Of a stretch of DNA of 24,000 bases, positions 1 through 8,071 are shown piece by piece. Within the stretch, counting starts at the first letter, position 1. Each line of letters begins with the position of its first letter. The stretch covers positions 769,884 to 793,883 of the forward strand of contig LR134362.1 in the NCBI GenBank assembly GCA_900637275.1. Direction: 5' to 3'. The position numbers and the translations under genes are program-made. Source of the DNA: [Pasteurella] aerogenes. Its GTDB lineage: Bacteria; Pseudomonadota; Gammaproteobacteria; Enterobacterales; Pasteurellaceae. Under the pieces are notes generated by a model. It made no database searches, was not told the origin of the DNA, and saw only the letters and a program-made list of their open reading frames with translations.

Positions 1-1
1 A

Positions 2-3000
2 TTATTACAACGTATCGTTAATGAATTTTGGCGCACGCATTTTTATCATCAATCCGTTGCTGCAACTCGTTATATTTTCGCCCAATGTCGTACGCCGGCG
101 CAATTATTGGATAAAATTGCCTCGCAACTTTCCGGCGCCGCGTTAAAACCGCGTATTGATGCACCGCACTTATTAGACGGTGATATATCTTCTTTTTTAA
201 GCGCAATTAGCCCGTTGTTGTCAACATTAAACGAATTTAAACAAACTTGGTTAAGTGTCGCTCCTGATTTACATGCGCAGATGAAAGAAAAGAAAACTGT
301 TCGTGTGGATTGGTTAGATTCCCGTTTTGCCGAGTTACACTTTTGGGCAAGCGATCCGAATGTGGTTTCAGTACCGGAAAAACTCCATTATTTCACCACG
401 GAGGCAATCAACAAAAGTAAAAATCCCGTGGAACATCCAATATTTGCCAAAGTAGATCAGCTGATTGCTGAAATTGGCACGCAAATTGATACTTTAGAAG
501 CCGTTTTTTTATATCATTGCATTAACGCCATTCGGCAACGTTGGTTTGAATATAAATTAAATCATCGCCAAAAAGGTTTTAACGATTTATTACGGTTGGT
601 GCATGATGCCTTGCGTGGCGAGCAAGGAGAGCGTTTAGCGGAATTAATTCGGCAGCAATTTCCTTTTGCCATGATTGACGAATTTCAGGATACGGACGCG
701 CTACAATATCAAATTTTTGCCACGGTTTATCTCTCACCGCAAGCGAAAGATAGCGGATTTATTATGATCGGCGATCCGAAACAATCCATTTATAAATTTC
801 GCGGTGCCGATATTTTTACTTATCTTAAAGCGGCAAAACAGGCGAAACAACGTTACACGTTAACGGAAAATTGGCGTTCTGGTCAGCCGCTGATTGATTG
901 TGTTAATCGTTTTTTTGATTTTCAGCAACCGCCACCATTTTTATATCAAGATATTCAATTTTTACCGGTGCAGGCGGGGAGTGAGAAAGCCGATTTTGTG
1001 TTGGATGGAAAAATTGAACCGCCCATGCGTTGTTATGTGGGAGAGGCGAAAAATTTTGCCGACTGTTGTGCTAATTCCATTCAGCATTGGCTAAAAAGTG
1101 CGCTGGAAAATCAAGCCAACATCGCAGATGCACCGTTACAAGCCAAAAATATCGCAGTTTTGGTGCGCAATGCGTCACAAGCGGAAATGATTAAGCAAGC
1201 CTTATTAACGCGGGGTATTGCTTCAGTGTATTTATCCGATAAAAGCAATGTGTTTGACAGCCCTGTGGCAATGGATATGCTACAAATTTTGTATGCCTGT
1301 TTTAATCCGTTAAACGAAAGAACCTTGCTACGCGCTATTTCTTGTAGTCTTTTTGCCTTAAGCAGCGAGCAGCTGTACCAAATTCGACAAAATGAAAACC
1401 AATGGGAAATGTGGGTTGAAACTTTTCTTGCTTACCAAAAATTATGGCAGCAACAAGGTGTGTTGGTTATGTTACATTATTTGTTGCAAGAACAACAAAT
1501 TAGCGAAAAATTATTGGCACTGCCGCAAGGGGAACGTAAATTAACGGATTTTTTGCATTTGGCGGAATTATTGCAACAAGCCACCCGTTTAAATGATACG
1601 GAAGCGGCGTTATTACATTGGTTCGAAAAGCAAATTCAAGGCAAAGCACGTTTAACGGAAAATATCCGTTTGGAAAGCGAACGGGAATTGGTCAAAATCG
1701 TGACCATCCATAAATCTAAAGGCTTGGCTTATGATGTGGTGTGGTTACCATTTATTGCCAACGCGTTGATTAATCACAGTGATCCGATTGAAAGCTATTA
1801 TGATAGTGATGCAGATGAAATGTTTTGGGATATGAATGGCACACATGCTGGTGAACGTCTGCAAGAAAAAATGGCGGAAGAATTGCGCTTATTGTACGTT
1901 GCTTTAACTCGAGCGAAATATCAGGTAGTGATGGCGTTGCCGGAACAATTTAAAGATAATTGGAGCGCGTTGTTATATTGCCTTACGCAAGGTCAAATCG
2001 GCGATCAGCCGAAAATTAAAGCTAAATTTGACAAAAGTGCGGTCAATTTAATTGAAGATTTAAAATCTCTGTCAACCAATTTAGCTATTGAGGTACAACC
2101 GATGACTGCTTTAGAAGTCTTGCCGCCTTTATCTGATACTGTACCGGAAGAACTATTGAGTAGCGCGTCATTTCACGGGCATATCCAACGGGATTGGCAA
2201 GTCAGTAGCTTTAGTAAATTATTGGAACAACATCAACGTTTGTTGGCAGAACAAAATGCTGAACGGAGTGGCGAAAGAGCGGTGGAAATGTCGCCAATTT
2301 TCGACGTGGCAAAAGATTATGATCAGCAATTTGCGATTTCAGATGAAATACTTAAAGAAACCGCCGCCGAATTAATATGTGAGGAAGCGGAAATTGTATC
2401 TTATCCTTTGGGTTTTTCTCCCTTCGATTTTCCTCATGGTCCTCATATCGGTAGCGCATTGCACCGTTATTTTGAGAAAAATGAGTTTGCGCAATTTACT
2501 GATGCGGATAAGTTGCACGATTTTTGCCATGGATTAATGTTAAGCGAAGATTGGGTAGCGCCTTTGCAGCAATGGTTTAATGCTATTTTACATACGCCAT
2601 TAATTACCAATGAAAACCTAAGTTTGGAGCAAATTTCGCGTAAAAATGCGTTGCGTGAGTTGCAGTTTTATTTACAAGTCAACCAAAAATTTAGTGCGGA
2701 AAAATTTAACTTGTTACTTGAAAAATATCATCATTTAAAATCTAACCCATTAATTTCTTATGAATTTAATGGAATGTTACGCGGTTTTATCGATTTAGTT
2801 TTTCGTCATCAAGGTAAATATTATATTATGGATTATAAATCCAATTTTTTAGGCAGCCTCGCTGCCGATTATGCTCCATCGGCATTAGCGCAAACGATGT
2901 TAAACAGTCATTATGATTGGCAATATTTGTTGTATTGCGTGGCATTACATCGTTATCTGAAATCGCGCGATCCGGATTATCAATATGAACGCCATTTTGG

Positions 3001-3127
3001 CGGCGTGATTTATGCTTTTTTACGCGGCATGAATGGACAAACTGTTCCGCCAGGGCAAAACGGGCAGGGGATATTTTTTGATAAACCTGACGTACGACTC
3101 ATTGAAGGATTGGAGGAGCTGTTTTAA
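2..3127 (+). CDS. recB: Exodeoxyribonuclease V beta subunit RecB, 5'-truncated by the window edge
   Basis: The frame is open from base 2 with no stop before the listed M at 107, so the N-terminus lies upstream of the window. UvrD-type helicase motifs are present: MIDEFQDTD, GDPKQSIYKFRGADI, TIHKSKGL, LLYVALTRA. The C-terminal RecB-nuclease motif GFIDLVF...YYIMDYKSN is also present. The stop overlaps the recD start (TAATG). Confidence 0.93.
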   Translation, partial: LLQRIVNEFWRTHFYHQSVAATRYIFAQCRTPAQLLDKIASQLSGAALKPRIDAPHLLDGDISSFLSAISPLLSTLNEFKQTWLSVAPDLHAQMKEKKTVRVDWLDSRFAELHFWASDPNVVSVPEKLHYFTTEAINKSKNPVEHPIFAKVDQLIAEIGTQIDTLEAVFLYHCINAIRQRWFEYKLNHRQKGFNDLLRLVHDALRGEQGERLAELIRQQFPFAMIDEFQDTDALQYQIFATVYLSPQAKDSGFIMIGDPKQSIYKFRGADIFTYLKAAKQAKQRYTLTENWRSGQPLIDCVNRFFDFQQPPPFLYQDIQFLPVQAGSEKADFVLDGKIEPPMRCYVGEAKNFADCCANSIQHWLKSALENQANIADAPLQAKNIAVLVRNASQAEMIKQALLTRGIASVYLSDKSNVFDSPVAMDMLQILYACFNPLNERTLLRAISCSLFALSSEQLYQIRQNENQWEMWVETFLAYQKLWQQQGVLVMLHYLLQEQQISEKLLALPQGERKLTDFLHLAELLQQATRLNDTEAALLHWFEKQIQGKARLTENIRLESERELVKIVTIHKSKGLAYDVVWLPFIANALINHSDPIESYYDSDADEMFWDMNGTHAGERLQEKMAEELRLLYVALTRAKYQVVMALPEQFKDNWSALLYCLTQGQIGDQPKIKAKFDKSAVNLIEDLKSLSTNLAIEVQPMTALEVLPPLSDTVPEELLSSASFHGHIQRDWQVSSFSKLLEQHQRLLAEQNAERSGERAVEMSPIFDVAKDYDQQFAISDEILKETAAELICEEAEIVSYPLGFSPFDFPHGPHIGSALHRYFEKNEFAQFTDADKLHDFCHGLMLSEDWVAPLQQWFNAILHTPLITNENLSLEQISRKNALRELQFYLQVNQKFSAEKFNLLLEKYHHLKSNPLISYEFNGMLRGFIDLVFRHQGKYYIMDYKSNFLGSLAADYAPSALAQTMLNSHYDWQYLLYCVALHRYLKSRDPDYQYERHFGGVIYAFLRGMNGQTVPPGQNGQGIFFDKPDVRLIEGLEELF
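163..171 (-). repeat. Hin-type USS core
   Basis: ACCGCACTT, the reverse complement of AAGTGCGGT. Confidence 0.9.
2035..2043 (+). repeat. Hin-type USS core
   Basis: AAGTGCGGT. Confidence 0.9.
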
Positions 3128-5109
3128 TGCTGGCATTACTGCAACAATTACAAGAAAAAAAATTGATTAATGTAGGGGATTATTATTTCGCCAAATTTAT
3201 CGCCAATAAATCGCAGGCGCAAGTTTATCCGTTAGAAAAACAAAATTTAGCGATTTTTTTAGCCGCACTTTGTAGCTACCATTATCAGCAAGGACATACC
3301 TGTATCGATTTATCTGAGTCGGTTCTGTCTGATGCCTTTTATTTGCCGAAAAACGAGGCGCATTATTTAACAGAAATTCAACAAAAAATCAAAGGTTTAC
3401 CAGTCTCGCAATGGCAATCCTTGCTTGCCGATCATGTTGCTTTTACCGACGATCCAGCAAAAAAAAACGCACCTTTTGTATTCCAATATAACGCCTTGTA
3501 TTTTTATCGCGCGTGGCAAGATGAGCAGCGGATTATACAATATTTGCACTATGCAACGACTGATTCCGTTTCCGCTTTAGCATTTCCCATTGAGCAAGTT
3601 GCCCAGATTATGCAGCGTTATTTTCCCCATCAAGATGCCGATAATCGCCCTAAAATTGCAGTGGCAACCGCCATTCGTCAGCCATTTTGTTTGATCACCG
3701 GCGGACCGGGAACCGGAAAAACAACCGCGGTGACCCGTTTATTGTTAGCGTTGCAGGATTTGCATCAAGGCAAGCTGCGCATTAAATTAGCCGCACCGAC
3801 AGGGAAAGCGGCGGCGCGTTTAAAAGAAAGTATGCAAAAAACCTTGGCGTTTTTACAGGATAAAGAAAAAATTCAATTAGATAAATCTATTTTAGATACC
3901 ATTCCAACGGAGGCAGAAACCCTTCATCGTTTACTTGGTGTGTCTTATTTTGAGGAAAACACTAAATACCATGCGCAAAATCCGCTGCCTTTGGATTTAT
4001 TGGTTGTTGATGAAGCCTCAATGATTGATTTAACCCTGATGGCAAAATTATTGGCAGCGCTAAAACCGAGTACCAAATTGATTTTATTAGGGGATAAAGA
4101 TCAATTGGCATCGGTGGAAGCGGGCGCGATTTTGGCAGAATTGGGGCAGTTTTCCGAACGCGGGTATCGCCCAAAACAAGCGGATTATTTGCGTCAGGTT
4201 GTCGGAGGGAATATTGCTGAATGTATGGATGGTAGGGCAATTGGTGACAGTTTATGTCATTTACTGGTAAGTCGGCGTTTTGGTGATAAACCGTACATTG
4301 CGCAATTGGCGAACTTGATCAACCATCAGCAAAGTAAAGCCGCTTGGCAATTATTAACACAGGCGACTGAAAATGAAATTCATTTGGTCGATTTTGACGG
4401 TTTAAGCGACCGATCATCAGAACTTTCTACCAAGGAAAATATAGCAGTTTGTGTGAATGCGGTAGTTGAAAGTGCGGTGCATTTTTATCACAATTATTTG
4501 CAGATACTTCAAGAAGTAGTTGCGCAACATTTGCCGATTTCCGAGCATTTACCACGTATTTTTGCCGCCTTCAATTCTGTGCGATTTTTAACCGCACTTC
4601 GTGTCGGTGAATTGGGCAGCGAATATTTAAATCAAGCGATTGCCGAGCGTTTGCGTCAAGTAGGATTGGTTAATTTTCAACACAGCCGCGACAGTTACTT
4701 GGGTAAACCTGTAATGATTATGCAAAATGACAGCAATACTCGCTTATCAAACGGGGACATTGGGCTTTATATTATGGAACGTGAGGGCGATAAAATTCGC
4801 GGTAAATACTGGTTTGAAAATGGAAAAAGCGAATTAGCCAGTCGCATTCCAAGCCATGAACCGGCATTCGTGATGACGGTACATAAATCTCAAGGATCGG
4901 AATTTGATCATACCTTTTTGGTTTTACCGACGGAACCAAATCCAGTATTAAGTAAGGAATTAGTTTATACCGGTGTCACGCGGGCGAAAAGCCAATTGAC
5001 GATTTTTGCTAACCGGTTAAGTTGGGAAAGCGCAGTGAATAAACAAACCACGCGCCAAAGTCGGCTAGGGCAGGGATTAGTTTTGGCTGAATTGGCGGAA
5101 AAAGAGTGA
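3127..5109 (+). CDS. recD: Exodeoxyribonuclease V alpha subunit RecD
   Basis: 660 aa with Walker A GGPGTGKTT, Walker B LLVVDEASMID, and SF1 motifs TVHKSQGSEF and YTGVTRAK. The start is translationally coupled to the recB stop. Confidence 0.93.
   Translation: MLALLQQLQEKKLINVGDYYFAKFIANKSQAQVYPLEKQNLAIFLAALCSYHYQQGHTCIDLSESVLSDAFYLPKNEAHYLTEIQQKIKGLPVSQWQSLLADHVAFTDDPAKKNAPFVFQYNALYFYRAWQDEQRIIQYLHYATTDSVSALAFPIEQVAQIMQRYFPHQDADNRPKIAVATAIRQPFCLITGGPGTGKTTAVTRLLLALQDLHQGKLRIKLAAPTGKAAARLKESMQKTLAFLQDKEKIQLDKSILDTIPTEAETLHRLLGVSYFEENTKYHAQNPLPLDLLVVDEASMIDLTLMAKLLAALKPSTKLILLGDKDQLASVEAGAILAELGQFSERGYRPKQADYLRQVVGGNIAECMDGRAIGDSLCHLLVSRRFGDKPYIAQLANLINHQQSKAAWQLLTQATENEIHLVDFDGLSDRSSELSTKENIAVCVNAVVESAVHFYHNYLQILQEVVAQHLPISEHLPRIFAAFNSVRFLTALRVGELGSEYLNQAIAERLRQVGLVNFQHSRDSYLGKPVMIMQNDSNTRLSNGDIGLYIMEREGDKIRGKYWFENGKSELASRIPSHEPAFVMTVHKSQGSEFDHTFLVLPTEPNPVLSKELVYTGVTRAKSQLTIFANRLSWESAVNKQTTRQSRLGQGLVLAELAEKE
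4470..4478 (+). repeat. Hin-type USS core
   Basis: AAGTGCGGT. Confidence 0.9.
4591..4599 (-). repeat. Hin-type USS core
   Basis: ACCGCACTT. Confidence 0.9.
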
Positions 5110-5187
5110 ACCCAAGGTCTAACAATAAAAGCGCGGTGATTTTTTAATGCGTTTTTTCCTATTGATGGCGAAATTATCATATTTTTG

Positions 5188-5196
5188 ACCGCACTT
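5188..5196 (-). repeat. Hin-type USS core
   Basis: ACCGCACTT, in the recD-rplM spacer. A one-mismatch copy, AAGCGCGGT, lies about 50 nt upstream. Confidence 0.9.
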
Positions 5197-5287
5197 TGGT
5201 TGTTTTTGGCTCGCTGCTGGGCTGATATATCAATTATTGCAACATCTTTCTCATTGGAAAGCCGATAAAATTAATTGTGAATAAAAA

Positions 5288-5316
5288 TTGGCTTTTGGAT
5301 AAAACTCTTGTATAAT
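5288..5316 (+). promoter_or_regulatory. Candidate sigma70 promoter of the rplM-rpsI operon
   Basis: TTGGCT (5288-5293), a 17-nt spacer, then a perfect TATAAT (5311-5316). This leaves a leader of about 135 nt before the rplM ATG, which has no obvious Shine-Dalgarno sequence. Confidence 0.55.
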
Positions 5317-5457
5317 CTTGCGACCCTGTAAATGTGTTGGATTCCCACCACGCATTATTTTGTCGAGATCGCACTCGAAGGGGTGAAGATTAAGATAACT
5401 GGTTGTGTCTGAATTTTAGGCACTGGGTATTAATATTATTTTATTGGTAATTAATTA

Positions 5458-5886
5458 ATGAAAACTTTTGTAGCAAAACCAGAAACGGTTAAACGCGACT
5501 GGTATGTAGTAGATGCGACAGGTAAAACTTTAGGTCGTTTAGCTACTGAATTAGCACGCCGCTTACGTGGTAAACATAAAGCTGAATATACTCCGCACGT
5601 TGACACTGGTGATTACATCATCGTTATTAACGCGGATAAAGTTGCTGTAACTGGCAAAAAAGAAAGCGATAAAATTTACTACTGGCACACAGGCTATGTA
5701 GGTGGTATCAAACAAGCGACTTTCGCAGAAATGATCCAACGTCGTCCAGAAGCTGTGATTGAGATTGCGGTTAAAGGTATGTTGCCAAAAGGCCCATTAG
5801 GTCGTGCAATGTTCCGTAAATTGAAAGTGTATGCCGGTTCAACTCATGAACACGCAGCACAACAACCACAAGTTTTAGATATTTAA
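5458..5886 (+). CDS. rplM: 50S ribosomal protein L13
   Basis: 142 aa beginning [41 protein letters not shown], the typical L13 sequence and length. Confidence 0.97.
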   Translation: MKTFVAKPETVKRDWYVVDATGKTLGRLATELARRLRGKHKAEYTPHVDTGDYIIVINADKVAVTGKKESDKIYYWHTGYVGGIKQATFAEMIQRRPEAVIEIAVKGMLPKGPLGRAMFRKLKVYAGSTHEHAAQQPQVLDI

Positions 5887-5902
5887 TCACGGGGTTAGGA
5901 AA

Positions 5903-6295
5903 ATGGCAGAGAATCAAAACTACGGCACAGGTCGCCGCAAAAGCTCTTCAGCTCGTGTATTTATCAAACCGGGCAGTGGTAAAATCACTATCAACCAACG
6001 TGAATTAGACGTGTATTTCGGTCGCGAAACTTCTCGCATGATCGTGCGTCAACCGTTAGAATTGGTTGGATTAACTGATAAATTAGACCTATACGTTACT
6101 GTAAAAGGTGGCGGTATTTCAGGTCAAGCGGGTGCAATCCGTCACGGTATCACTCGTGCATTGATGGAATACGATGAAACTCTACGTCCTGCATTGCGTG
6201 CAGCGGGCTTTGTTACCCGTGATGCTCGTCGTGTTGAACGTAAAAAAGTGGGTTTACACAAAGCACGTCGTCGTCCACAATACTCCAAACGTTAG
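5903..6295 (+). CDS. rpsI: 30S ribosomal protein S9
   Basis: 130 aa ending in the universally conserved ...[12 protein letters not shown] lies upstream of the ATG. The G of the TAG stop codon (6293-6295) is also the first base of the intron GTGCG. Confidence 0.97.
   Translation: MAENQNYGTGRRKSSSARVFIKPGSGKITINQRELDVYFGRETSRMIVRQPLELVGLTDKLDLYVTVKGGGISGQAGAIRHGITRALMEYDETLRPALRAAGFVTRDARRVERKKVGLHKARRRPQYSKR
6271..6287 (+). repeat. 17-nt direct repeat, copy 1 (rpsI 3' end)
   Basis: TCGTCCACAATACTCCA, identical to 7496-7512. Confidence 0.95.
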
Positions 6296-7309
6296 TGCGA
6301 CAAGTTGTCGTACTTATGGCAATAATTCCTTGTATATCAAGGAGTTATTGCTGGAAATGGGTGGTATTTTATCACCTATTTCCAACTTTTCAAGTACTCC
6401 TTTGGGAGTACTTGGGAAGTCAGACAAGAAAAGGGGCGTTGCCCAAGATCTTGTTCTAAGTTGGGAAAATAATCTCCAACTTTATGCGGTAATAAGGTAT
6501 GGTCTTCACTCTGATGTACTTAGTTTCCTTCGTCAGAAGCTAAGAAGAGTAAGAAAGCAAGACCCGTTATCGAAAGACATAACTACCGTTAGTCGCCTAT
6601 ATATAGAGTGACTTGGGTCAAATCCAAAACGTTATGTTGTTCATAAAGAATGATTAAAAGAACCTACTATAAATAAAGTCCCCAAGATTGCCTCAGCACT
6701 CAGAAAAGGCATCAGAACTAAGACGTGGAATATCTTAGGGAGGGAGTGCTCACTTTACATACATTTTCACATTCGCAATCTACGATAATTTGTAGAATGC
6801 TCCTCAATAGTGAATAAAAACACTAAGGATAAACCTTGTTTATTCGTTTTTATGAGCTAGGGATAATTATACCTTAAATTCTCGTTGAAATCACCTTTAA
6901 CACTCACATTAGCTAGGGTTAGCTACCTTCGTCTATTGGATAGGTTATAGGCTATTTACGGAAAATTTGGATATAAACAAAGCTACTTAGTAGCAGAAGT
7001 GAATTTACTTTGTAAAGCTCGGACTTATTTATGCAGTATAGGAAACTAACTTAGTAAGTAGGCGTAAGCTATTATCATCATTGTTGCAATAGGATTATTA
7101 GAAGATATAAGCAGTACAAATAATCTTATGAGGCAACCTGTTATATGGCTAACAGTAGCCTAGGAAAAGTGCATCACTGGCAACGGTGTTGTGTGGAGCA
7201 TTCTGACAATGTACTCCCCGAGAGGGTCAATCGTTATCGTGAGATACGATTGAGATAGGATGAACAACACATCCTAGAGAGGCTAGGCTGGATAGAAAGA
7301 TAAACGTAA
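6295..7309 (+). ncRNA. ORF-free, hairpin-dense 5' unit of the intron, either an extra structured RNA module or a partial intron copy
   Basis: There is no credible ORF. Perfect or near-perfect hairpins lie at 6319-6351 (14 bp), 6353-6383 (11 bp), 6391-6414 (10 bp) and 7230-7250 (GUGA loop). Two U-G/G-U pairs (6326/6344 and 6359/6377) are valid only in plus-strand RNA. Confidence 0.5.
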
Positions 7310-7320
7310 GTGAACAGTTG
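7302..7320 (+). repeat. Degenerate second copy of the exon/intron junction
   Basis: AAACGTAA|GTGAACAGTTG aligns with the real junction AAACGTTA|GTGCGACAAGTTG (6287-6307). Of 21 aligned columns, 17 are identical, 2 are mismatches and 2 are 1-nt gaps. Confidence 0.6.
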
Positions 7321-7495
7321 ATAAACCTCGTTAGAAGAAAGAGCCTACGGTTGTTATTGGCTTAGACCAAAATGGTATGCAGTCGGATATTCTTTTTGAC
7401 GTTGAGAATACGCCATCAAAGTACTGCCGGGGAACAGACTGTATCTTCACTATCCTTGTGATGATAATGGAACTTGGTAAGCCTGTATTTCTGCC

Positions 7496-7512
7496 TCGTC
7501 CACAATACTCCA
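7496..7512 (+). repeat. 17-nt direct repeat, copy 2 (inside the intron)
   Basis: TCGTCCACAATACTCCA is an exact copy of 6271-6287. Its last 5 nt form the left arm of a 9-bp hairpin (7508-7516 with 7531-7539). Confidence 0.95.
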
Positions 7513-8071
7513 TACTGAAACATACTTATAAGTATGGAGAAGAAGAGGAGTAAGAAGGAAAGGCAAGTAAAGCGTAAGCGATACTATTGGGAATGCAGGT
7601 AAGGGAGGTTGGAAAAAGCGAATGCTATGCTGTAATGGCATAGATAGGGTGTGAAATATAACCTAACTCGAAAGGGTGCAGACTTCCAACTGGTCTTTCA
7701 TCGTAAGATGAATAGCAATTCCTTTGAGGGTTATTAGTGTTAGTTTGCCCCATAAAGGCAATTTTAAAAGTTTTCTCGCCTTTTATGGGGAGGGAACAAA
7801 CTAATAACGAATGTAAACAAATTAAAGAAAGCAGGCGTTGAGCCTGTCGGTAGGGCAACTTACTCTACTGTCAATGGTTTGGGAATAACCACTACAATAA
7901 CGGAAATTTCCTACCACTCAACGCCCGTACTCTTTAACCCAATTGGTTACAAGAGGGGTTAAAACTATCGGTATACGGTAGTTCCTCTGTAACATTGCGA
8001 TTGTTTACAAATTGAGGAATTTACCCAACTACCGAGACCTTTTAACTTACCTTGTAATATCAGAGGTAGGT

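Noticed and set aside
894-5180. Short ORFs nested in recB and recD (894-1094 plus strand, 3962-4240 minus strand, 4965-5180 minus strand)
   Set aside because: They lie wholly or almost wholly inside well-supported long genes in other frames or strands, with no start signals or recognisable domains.
5110-5200. Rho-independent terminator after recD
   Set aside because: Only a weak 5-bp stem (AGCGC/GCGTT) with a 14-nt loop and a T run, plus a degenerate and an exact USS 50 nt apart. This is too weak to call.
6174-6611. 145-aa plus-strand ORF overlapping the rpsI 3' end and the intron 5' region
   Set aside because: It starts inside rpsI in another frame with no ribosome-binding site. It then runs through the intron 5' end and the stacked RNA hairpins. 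The translation is low-quality with no recognisable domain.
6295-7513. A complete nested (twintron) ORF-less group II intron in the extra 5' kilobase
   Set aside because: No second domain V-like sequence (AGC triad helix with a GNRA loop and 2-nt bulge) or domain VI could be found by eye in 6295-7513. At most a partial copy is present.
7331-7858. Three minus-strand ORFs (60, 63 and 77 aa) inside the intron
   Set aside because: They are antisense to structured ribozyme sequence in domain I, overlap each other, lack Shine-Dalgarno sequences and have no recognisable motifs.
8012-8071. TTG-initiated 20-codon N-terminal extension of the IEP ORF
   Set aside because: The ATG at 8072 has a good GAGGTAGG Shine-Dalgarno sequence. 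The extension, MRNLPNYRDLLTYLVISEVG, lies in the domain IV stem region and is not RT-like.
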